DNA of 36,952 nt from Phoronis australis (Eukaryota > Animalia > Phoronida): contig NMRA01000173.1 of the NCBI GenBank assembly GCA_002633005.1, forward strand, positions 535,060 to 572,011. The letters run 5' to 3'. Numbering within the stretch: the stretch's first letter is position 1; every line of letters begins with the position of its first letter. The notes under the pieces were generated by a model. It saw nothing but the letters and a program-made list of their open reading frames with translations, searched no databases and was not told the DNA's origin. Below, one piece after another: positions 23,949 to 34,265 of this stretch. A program made the position numbers and the translations under genes.

Positions 23949-25000
23949 GTAATCGCTGATTAATTGATAATAACCTGTTAACTGTGTATCAATCATTGCC
24001 TGTTAGTTAGTGCATCATACCTTTGAACAAGTCAATACAATGTGCAGTTTACTAGACTTGAAATCCTCCTGCAGTTGAACCTAGTATCTGCAGCATGTGA
24101 ATCAAGCGTCCAAACTGGTCAGTCAGGAAGCAGTTGACTTGTCTATTCGCTAACGATTTATGCCTCGTGCCTAAGGGTAATGTGTCACAGTTTTCCTTCC
24201 GCTTCCATAGAACTGGATTGCCTTTGGACTACAGATCCCGGTTACACTCTTAGTCTGTGTCCTGGAATTTGCCCTCAGCGATACTAGATCTTTCTGTGTT
24301 CTGGATCCACCACAACCATCAGGCTGGCACGGTCTCCATCCACTACTTGGAAGCTTCGTATACATCGCAAAATTTTGTGGGCGTTACTGTTGTTGGACGC
24401 CAATGTTGAAAATTCACCAGCACTGAGATTTGAACCTAGTATCTACAAATGGCAGTAATAGTACGATATAACTGTCCCGCATTTTGAGAAGTGTTAAAAA
24501 TTAGCTATTTACACTGAATATTGCTGGCCGTCATTTAGTTAATGTAATTGGTTCTCAAGTCAAGGCCAGTTAGGCCGACTGGGCAGCTGCGCATCCTAAT
24601 CAAACCTTTCAGATTTTTTTGCAAATTACACTTCTTCCTGGCTAAACTGTCGAAGTTGCGTCACTGTATGCACCTTTGGAGTTTGTTGGAGTTTTTAAAA
24701 TTTTAAAACTTTCCTACTTGAACAAAACAATCTACATCTTTTTTTAAAAAGTTTGTATATTGGTAATGGACCATATTTACAAATGGATTGCTATCATAGT
24801 GTTCTTTCAGACAAATCTCTGGTGTGCAATACCATATGTTTCATCTTGCAAAGCCAGCTTAGTGCTCGTCTCCTGTGTGCCAGGGTAAGGTGACCTTTCT
24901 GGGCCTTGCTGTCAGTGATGTATATGCTGTGAATTTGTGAAAGCTGGGGAATATTAATTTATAAAATTGCAAGTTAACTCCACCTTCACAACATTTTCAG

Positions 25001-25180
25001 GTTTTCAGTGTTAACCTCAACGACATTCCAATTATACTGGACCTGGATATATTTGGTAGAGTGGGACGAGGCGTCGCTCACGATGAAGTGATTCCATTCA
25101 AGTTGAAGTCTGGACGCATTTACTTGAATAGTGACAACGCAGTTATTGAAGGCAATAGCTTGTCCCTGGAATTCATAAAG
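25001..25180 (+). CDS. MLEC: Malectin exon 2
   Basis: Acceptor ttttcag at 25000. Translates as VFSVNLNDIPIILDLDIFGRVGRGVAHDEVIPFKLKSGRIYLNSDNAVIEGNSLSLEFIK. Ends at a non-canonical donor AAG|GCATGT. Missing from the ORF track. Confidence 0.9.
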
Positions 25181-25433
25181 GCATGTATATATGTCATACT
25201 GCTTTGTTGTTTCATAGTCAAACAGCTGAACAAGACTTGAACAAAAACTTTAAAATTAATCACTTTAAGCTCTGCTATTCGGTTGTTCAGTGATGATAAA
25301 TTTGGCACTATTATGGCATGACATGGACCTGCCTATAGAATAGAAATGCACAGTCACATGACATTGTCTTTGATATTTTTCCCATTTGAGGTAAGTATAG
25401 ATCGGTAGCAGCCCTACCATTGACACAAACTTG

Positions 25434-26060
25434 GCTGAAGGCACAACTGTACTTTTTATTAGACAGCTTAATATATACTGTAGTCACTTGTAGTTTCTAT
25501 ACAATCTCCTATCTTCAGGCGTGCAGTTATGAAGCAAAACACCAAGAGACATAACGGACAAACAGTCGCTATATTTTGAGACCATATGTCTCACCATCAG
25601 GTTATATGTGAAATGAACATGGAAGTGATATGAACAGATGAAATAAATGGTGACAACAGGTAGAAGGGCACAGAGGCAGGGAGTGTGAAGATATCACACG
25701 GTAGGGAGTCCACAAGCACAACGGAACAGGGCTAGTGTGCAGCACACACCCTGTTCTATTAGGCTTGTGGACTCCCTACCGTGTGATACCTTCACACCCC
25801 CTGCTCGCATGCCCTTCTACCTGCTGTACTTTTTAGTTCATCTGTTCATTTTGCTTTTACGTTCATTTCACCTATTGCCCGATGATGAGACACATGGTTT
25901 TGAAACAGCAACTATCTTTACTTGATTGTCATTTACATTATGTCTCTTGGTGTTTTGCTCCATAACTGTGGGCCTGAGGATAGGAGATTGTATGGAGGCT
26001 ACCCGCAAGTATATATTAAGTTTATATTGTCTAGCAAAAAGTACAGTTGTGCCTTCAACC
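25434..26060. repeat. ~630-bp imperfect foldback inverted repeat in malectin intron 2
   Basis: Paired blocks gaaggcacaactgtactttt/aaaagtacagttgtgccttc, gcaaaacaccaagagacataa/ttatgtctcttggtgttttgc and tatcacacggtagggagtccacaagc/gcttgtggactccctaccgtgtgata. Centre near 25740. Confidence 0.9.
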
Positions 26061-26955
26061 ATGTTTGTTTTATTTGAGGTAACCACAGAGAATTTTAGAA
26101 CTCGAAACTTTTACGTTTTATGTTTTTATTGTTTGTTGTTTACCATTAGTTAATTTAAAAGCCATTGAGTGCTCAGGTGGAATTGAGAAGGGACGGGCTA
26201 AGACTGACAAGCTCTTTAGCCTCTAATTATTTTCAAAATGTTTCAGTAATTTAAAGCGTAATGTAAATGTTGCTTTATTAGTATAATTGCTTTTATTTTT
26301 GCATTTTAATGTTTTTTGACTAGATCCATAACATCAAAATGATGTCATACTTAAACAAACCCTATTACCGGGTAAGCCTGCTTGTGCACAAATACTAATT
26401 TGAATTAGACTCCTTAAACCTGTTCCATTAAGTTGAGACCAAACATGAGAACAAGTTGGCTTGTCACACCATGTTCCATGCATCATCTCAAGCAATAACA
26501 AATTGCCAGTTTAGAATGTTCTAATCCCACAAACACTTCCTTGTCTAAGTGATGAATAAGGTTAAGAACAGGCTTGCATTTGTTGGATGCAACAACTTCT
26601 TAACAATGCAAAATCACGCCAAACTTTGCAAGGTATCGCCATGGATTACCAAGGCCTTCATTCCCTTGATTTTGGGACTGAATATTGGCCCCATTCTCCT
26701 TTTGAAAAATATTTTAAAAACCACGTGAAATTTCTCTCATAAGACCCCAAAATTCCCCTCAAGGTTCGAATCACTTTTAACTCAAACAGGCGACAATTTG
26801 AAACAGTACAAAATCTTGTTTATTTTTCTGTGATGAAACCCAGACTTATCACAGCTTGAACACTTTGTCTAGCAAATAATCACTTCGCAAACTCACTTGG
26901 GAATTGTCGCTAAACTTGAGTTGCTTTTTGATTAACCCACATCCGCACAATGGAA

Positions 26956-27239
26956 ATAGTCTTTTACAGGGCATCAGATAGTCACTTACAAGACATCAAA
27001 CAGTCACTTAAAAGACATCAAATAGTCACTTACAAGACAGCAAATAGTCACTTACAAGGCATCACATAGTCACTTACAAGACATCAAATAGTCACTTACA
27101 AGACATCAAAAAGTCACTTACAAGGCATCACATAGTCACTTACAAGACATCAATTAGTCACTTACAAGGCATCAAAAAGTCACTTACAAGACATCAAAAA
27201 GTCACTTACAAGACATCAAATAGTCACAAGACATCAAAA
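26956..27239. repeat. 22-bp minisatellite, ~13 copies
   Basis: Unit atagtcacttacaagacatcaa. Confidence 0.95.
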
Positions 27240-27674
27240 CCCAGGACCACTGTAAGTGACTATTGCACAATACATTACTGTCATCTGTATGATATGCATG
27301 CATCCAGTGTCTGTCACCATGTCAACTAAACGCCTTGAAGGCTCTTCCTGAACTAAATACAATTTATGAAATACTGCTTTATGACATTGATTACTTTTAT
27401 AAGGAAACCCGATTCTTCAACAGATGTGAAAATTAGTGCGCAATACCTGCGTACTCTCGATTCATAGTTTTCCAAACTTGGATTCGTACTATTAGGTGGA
27501 AGGAAGGGGTTTATTTCATTGTTTCCTATTTCGTATCTCTCAAGTATGTGTCTTTAACATTCCTTGTATTACATTAAAAGTGTTTTGTTTTGGCTGTGTG
27601 TTAAAACAAATCAGATGATGGAAGGTTGGCTTTAATTTGACTACTTATTGTTTTTTGTTTTTTTTTGTTTTCAG

Positions 27675-27732
27675 GGACACAAAGATAACCCCAAAGTTAA
27701 TGCAATGTACCTCATCAAAGGATCTCTTGAAG
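27675..27732 (+). CDS. MLEC: Malectin exon 3
   Basis: Long poly-T tract plus cag acceptor. Translates as GHKDNPKVNAMYLIKGSLE with the conserved DNPK motif. Donor G|GTGAGG, phase 1. Confidence 0.92.
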
Positions 27733-29289
27733 GTGAGGTGCTAAAAGAGTGAAAGTGAAATTTCTGATGTTCACTAGAAACTCATATTCAACTGCACTTA
27801 CATGAATGCTCAGTAATTTTGAAAAAAGGAAATAATTATTATACAAAGGTATCTGTATGTAAGCCAATATGACTGTTTCAGTCGTTTGAACGTCTACATC
27901 ATCAGACAGCGAGATTATTTTAATCAATTGTCAGTTTAGTACAAAAAACATGTAACACATTTTTTAGATTATTCTGTGCGAGTGTGAAGAAATTACGTCT
28001 GATGTCTTGCTATTGCACATTTTGCTTGCATCACACTTACCATGTTAATGTGTGTTGATTTCCGTGCAATGTTGTGTGACACTTTCATTTTCTACATTCT
28101 TCTGAAGAAAAGCTTTATTTTGTGGTCAAGTCAGTTGAATTTTCCGTTCTTATAATTTGATTATTATGTAAATGAATCTTATTTACCATATGTTGGTACT
28201 CAGACGGACGTTTTAAGATGGAGGATTTTACGTAGTTGTACATTTTTTATTTCGTAGCAAGGTGCAAAGTGTTTTGATATTGTAAACAGAAAGCAAACTA
28301 ATTTAACAACTTTGAAATGACTCAGAGTTGAACTGTACATTAATTTATAGATGAGCAACTTCAAGCCAAACAAGGGCAAAAATAGATAATTATACTACGT
28401 AAAATATCGCTGCTTTAAACAAAATGACATAACTAGAGTTCTACTAGCATCATTCCCTGTTCAGACTAAAGATTAGAGACAACAAGATGTCGCTACTGAA
28501 CTACCACAGTGACAAATGTGAATTCGAAATAAGCAGCAAAGGTAGTAGTAGTGTTAATGTGATCAACAGCAAGGCACTCAAAGTGTGCTAGATAAAAGCA
28601 TGAAATAAGGTCGCAACATGCTGCTAACATTTAAATAAATACAGACCAGTTACAAGCATATTGCAAATGTGAACCTTATACAATGTGTCGGCAATAACAC
28701 CTTGTTTCAACATTTTCATATTTTCACCAATGATCCTTTTGTTAGTAGTAAGGTATATTGGTAGCGCTAATGCAGGTTTTGATGGTCTATTATTAAGGAA
28801 TGATTGCTAATTATCCTTTGTACATGAGAGAATAACAATTACCACTCTCTACTCGCTGCCGACTAATTACCGCATAGTATGGAATTGGTGTTTGTGTTGT
28901 TAAAATATTTCATGGTTTTCTAAGGGTTTGTTCTTAAAAATGGTGTTCAGGTGGACTTTTGAGTCATTTAAAAGTGCATTTCCTCTGTTAAACTGTCTGA
29001 AAGAACAAAATCAAAAGGTGTCCATTCATTCCAACAAATTCACTCTTGAAATTTCCGTGACCATCATAGGACATTATTTCAAACATTCAATACATTCAAT
29101 AGTAAAAAAATCTCCTCCCAATTCAACCCCAAATCATCTCTCAAATGCAGCTATATATTGAGACTGAGCTTAACGAGTTTGATAGGTATATTGGTAACAT
29201 CATTTCTTTAAAATCTATTGTTCTATTTACACCAACCTCTTGCCTGTCTACATTGGTACGATGTTTCGCTAGGTCATTAATGGGTGATT

Positions 29290-29357
29290 TGGTGATGTAG
29301 TAGCTAGAGTACTGGACTGACAATCCAAGGTCTGTAGTTCAATTGCAGCTTGTGCCA
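29290..29357 (+). mobile_element. Degenerate tRNA-derived SINE head
   Basis: A-box-like ggtgatgtagtagcta and B-box-like agttcaattgc at tRNA spacing, but no intact cloverleaf. Similar relics occur near 19060-19107 (-) and 33135-33210 (+). Confidence 0.4.
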
Positions 29358-29582
29358 GGAAAAAATGACGTGTTCATCATTGACCACTATGAGTGAACAA
29401 TACACTTGTTTTCTTTCTCCTTAGAACACTGTAACACCTGAAGATGGTTGGAGAAATGATCGAGTGAAACACCGTGCCAATGTAAATAGGGTAGTGGTTG
29501 GTGTAAATAGACCAATAGATATTACCAAGTCGTCACCTCAAAGCAGTTTTAGGAGCACTGGCTTTATAAGCATATTTGTTGA

Positions 29583-30378
29583 CTTCATGTATAACCAATA
29601 TACACCTTCATGTATAACCAATACACATGTTCATGTATAACCAATACACATCTTCATGTATAACCAATATACACCTTCATGTATAACCAATATACACCTT
29701 CATGTATAACCAATATACATCTTCATGTATAACCAATATACATGTTCATGTATAACCAATATACATCTTCATGTATAACCAATATACATCTTCATGTATA
29801 ACCAATATACATCTTCATGCATAACCAATATACATGTTCATGCATAACCAATATACATGTTCATGCATAACCAATATACATCTTCATGCATAACCAATAT
29901 ACATCTTCATGCATAACCAATATACATCTTCATGTATAACCAATATACATCTTCATGTATAACCAATATACATCTTCATGTATAACCAATATACATCTTC
30001 ATGTATAACCAATATACATCTTCATGCATAACCAATATACATGTTCACGCATAACCAATATACATGTTCACGTATAACCAATATACATGTTCACGTATAA
30101 CCAATATACATGTTCACGTATAACCAATATACATGTTCACGTATAACCAATATACATGTTCACGTATAACCAATATACATCTTCATGTATAACCAATATA
30201 CATGTTCATGTATAACCAATGTACATGTTCATGTATAACCAATATACATCTTCATGTATAACCAATGTACATCTTCATGTATAACCAATGTACATGTTCA
30301 TGTATAACCAATGTACATGTTCATGTATAACCAATGTACATCTTCATGTATAACCAATATGACCAATATACATCTTCA
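29583..30378. repeat. 23-bp minisatellite, ~34 copies, abutting malectin exon 4
   Basis: Unit cttcatgtataaccaatatacat with variants. Confidence 0.97.
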
Positions 30379-30379
30379 G

Positions 30380-30603
30380 AAGTACCACAGTTACCACCAC
30401 TGCCGAATGCAAACAAACCTGATGAAGAAGAAGAGGATGATGAAGCTGAAGTGAACGAGAAGAAGCCGAGTAAGCCACGTCGACCATCTGGTCCTAAAGT
30501 ACAAGATCCTTACGCGACAGAAGACAGCAGTAGTATGCTATTACCTGTTCTGGCGGCCATTGCTGCATTCCTGCCACTACTGTTCTGCCTATGCAAGTTA
30601 TAA
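30380..30603 (+). CDS. MLEC: Malectin exon 4 (acidic linker and C-terminal TM anchor); the spliced CDS totals 819 nt, 272 aa
   Basis: Acceptor cttcag at 30379 completes the phase-1 codon GAA. EVPQLPP...EEEEDDE...SGPKVQDPY...LLPVLAAIAAFLPLLFCLCKL matches the malectin C-terminus (FCLCRL). Confidence 0.92.
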
Positions 30604-31599
30604 TGTCTAGACTCATGTCCTTATTGTTATTCTGTTAACATGTTACAGTTTTAGTGAGCGTCATCACTTTTGGTTACATTGACTGTTGATCTATCACTGG
30701 AGTAGTTGGCAAGACTCCTTTTGTGGAGGAAACATAAGGTCAAAGGTTATGTTCTTTAAAGGGGGAGGGCCAATGTGAGCACATATTAATGTTTTCCATT
30801 GGTCTTGTTTGTTTTAACATTTGGTCTGTACACCTGTTATGCCCATGTATGGTCAAAATGATTCTATTGAGGGACTGATCATGGCAGGATATTTATATAA
30901 CTTAGACTTTGTGATGCAATGAATGATGGTCACATGAAAGTTACATTTGGAAATGCTCTCTCTTTAAGTTCCATAAAAGCAGGATGATAACTTGAAGACA
31001 GACGTACTCTACCTGTTTAAGTGCATGTGTACTGGTCATCACACAGAACCTTCATCCAATGAATGACCCCATCTGGTGGTCTAATTTTTTCAAATAAGAC
31101 ACATTTTTCATTAGCTGTGCATTATGGGTCTCCTCGTAGAATCTTTAATCTCTTTGCTTCATGAAAGTCTCTCACAGTTCTTGTCTAAGTGCACCTTCAT
31201 GGCCCAAGTTTTGTTATTGTGTGTGTAATATAAATGTTCAAGAGGAAATCTCGAAAACGCTGTCACAGTTTCCTAAAGTATCGTTTCCTTTAATGCATCT
31301 TTAAATTTTTTTCTCAAAGATCGTTAAGTCCTTTTTTATGATAGTCCCTCATCCAAATATGTAACATTTCAAAAACAATTCCTAGCATCGTTTTGGAGAC
31401 CAGTGCACAAGACATGTTAGTTTCATGTGAGTTTCATATGAATCCATTCTGCCACTTGTGAGATATGGTGTTCCCAAGATGGTCAAAATTGAAAATTTTT
31501 TAAGGTCCTGCATAACCTTAACGATGGTTGTGTTCACTCTGGAGAATTGAATCAGTGCTAAGTAATCACGTGGAGCTCACTAAACCACCTTTACAGGCT

Positions 31600-31658
31600 G
31601 TTATAACCGCGACACAGTTATAACCGCGACACAGTTATAACTGCGACACAGTTATAAC
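31600..31658. repeat. 17-bp tandem repeat, ~3.5 copies
   Basis: Unit gttataaccgcgacaca. Confidence 0.9.
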
Positions 31659-34059
31659 TTATAAAGTCACTGTGACACTGTTCACCCTAGGGTTGACAAC
31701 CTTTCAACTGGGTTAAAAGTTGTAACGGCTTTTTGTGTACCTTAAAATTGAATGAGAGGACACTGATATTCACATGTACGTCAAGAATTAGGTTGCTGGT
31801 CTCTTTTGCCTTAGATTTATTCATCATTCAGGGCCAATGAATGTGTCAGAGTCACTTGAATGTGTCTAAATCAGTTTCAACGACTTTACTATTTAATTGT
31901 GAAACTGTTTCGTATCTTACTTGGATTGTGTTGTGTTTTAATTTGTGTATGTTTTAGGACTTTTTGTAGTTCAAATGTTTATGTGAACTTTTGTATGCAG
32001 AGTTGCATAGGAGACATTTTTGCATTTATGTTCTTAGATGTGCTCTTCACTGTATAGCGGCCACATCTCAACATCCATCTGAACTCTACGTAATCTCGTT
32101 ATTCACATCCAGAGAGTAGGTTTTCGACCTCGATTTCATGCTATTAAGTTTTACGTATTAATTTCAGCTTTGATGTAAATTTAAGTGCATTTGTCATTTC
32201 AACTCAAGACTGTAGTATGAGACAGTGTTTATTTTTTGGTGGAGTGTCACTTATTGATAAAGTTGCAAATTTCTGTGGCCTCCTAATAATGTTTACCTTT
32301 TTAGATGCTTGCAATGTCTACACAAAGTTATGTTGTAATGAGAGCAAATTTGAATAAGGCTCTCATTCAACAAAATGTGTTTAATGTGACTGTGCTCTTG
32401 TCTGGTGTCTTGGTTCTCACCTCACAGCCTAGAGGGCGCTAGTTTGGTTTGTGGCTGTTGGACCATAGTTAGTTTCTGGTATCTGTTCATTTTTCTGTTA
32501 GAAGTTATTGCTTTTTCATTGTTATCCTTAAAGTGGCACTCTACCACTGTGTTGGGAAATGATCAGTGCGTATGTCAAGATGTCATCCATGCTTCCATCA
32601 TGCACCACATCTAATGTTGTTATCAACAAATGCCCAATGTCCTGACTTCATATGCTCTAGTGTGCCAGTCTGTCTCTTTACAAGTGCAATGGTGTGTTGT
32701 GTATCAAGTTTCAAAAATATCAATGATCAGTATCTGGTAAGGGGAACAGGTTGCACGCGCAGTGGTTGGTGTTGACAACAACAGTGTCCTTATAGTGGAT
32801 TGAAAAAACTGCCGTTTTTGAGATGAAGTATTCCTTTGAAACCCATAGATTTTGCTGCTTTGTCTTATGGATTCCTCCCGATAAAAACTGGGTCACAAGT
32901 ACCCACATAGGACATACCTCTGGTGGAAATCGCATAGTGTTTAATTTCTATTTGAGCTTAAGCATTGCCCAAGACATGTTTATTCATGCGTGATGACAAG
33001 TCATCAATTCTAGTCTATTCTCAACATTGCCACCATTTAAATGTGTTACTGTGTCAGTTTCACGTAGACAAAAAGTCCATGTACCTGTTAAGGCTGAACA
33101 TGAAATTCATTACCTTGTTACTTCAATGAGGAGTCAGTGTGGCCTAGTGTGAGTAGTGTCTGCTTCATTTACTCAACGTCATGGGTTCTGGTCCACTGGG
33201 GCACACTGCTAGAGCCCCAAGTAAGGTATCCAGCTTCTCAGCTCGGTTTTCACTATATGTTAATAACATGGGCGGCGCACCATAGGGGGCTGGGGGGCTA
33301 TAGTCCCCCCACTTTTTTCAGTGCTATGCTGCCCATGAATAAAGGATAATAATGGTTCCAGATGATTAGTGTAATGGGTCCACATGCGCGACTTGCTCAC
33401 GTCTGCAATTGCTTTTTTCTTGATACTCCAATGAGGTCATATAAGCTTTTATATCATGTAGCATTTGAACTGTGATGTTTGATGTGGGCGCTTCAGGAAG
33501 AACAATATATCTGATAAATAAAACATTCTAGTGCCGGACTATACGTAGTGTCTGCTATGTATCATGTTTTACTATTTACCTTGGGGACCAGTTTCATTTT
33601 GTATCTCTTGTAAACAGGTGTGTCTGTGTGCCTTGTATATGGCTGTGGTTTGTTCAGATTTTTTTCTTGGTATGTTCTGGTTATTCTTCACCTAGCATAC
33701 AACATGGTGGTGAAGTTGAAATTTATGTCATCAAAGTTCTCTAGAAAAATAAAGACTAAAAATGTTTTATTGCATTAGCCACTTGGTCCCCAGTGCAGGT
33801 GTTGTAGAATGACATGCAGTAAAGCTTTAATTGTTTGCAACAACGTAGACTTTGAAAAATCGAATGATGAAATTATTTTGTGTGAAATAAGTGAGTAGTC
33901 TATCCATTTTTGTTTGACTATTACGAGAGCAACGTTTCAGGAATTAAGTCAGGCACTTAACTTGGGCGAAGAAGCATTAAGTCAGCTTCATTTTCCACTA
34001 CCTCTTATGTGTATTGAAGTTCTCACTTCATTGCGCCATGGCTGAATATTCGAACCTGG

Positions 34060-34265
34060 GTTTGTGATGAATGTCCTCACATTGCATACTGCAGCGTACG
34101 TTTGTGATGAATGTCCTCACATTGTATACTGCAGCGTACGTTTGTGATGAATGTCCTCACATTGTATACTGCAGCGTACGTTTGTGATGAATGTCCTCAC
34201 ATTGTATACTGCAGCGTACGTTTGTGATGAATGTCCTCACATTGTATACTGCAACGTATGTTTGT
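34060..34265. repeat. 40-bp minisatellite, 5 copies
   Basis: Unit gtttgtgatgaatgtcctcacattgtatactgcagcgtac. Confidence 0.95.

Noticed and set aside
30334-30379. Standalone 89-aa ORF starting MYIFMYNQ
   Set aside because: The start lies in the minisatellite; the real coding part is malectin exon 4.
33135-33210. tRNA gene
   Set aside because: Only degenerate A/B boxes, with no cloverleaf or terminator; more likely a SINE relic.
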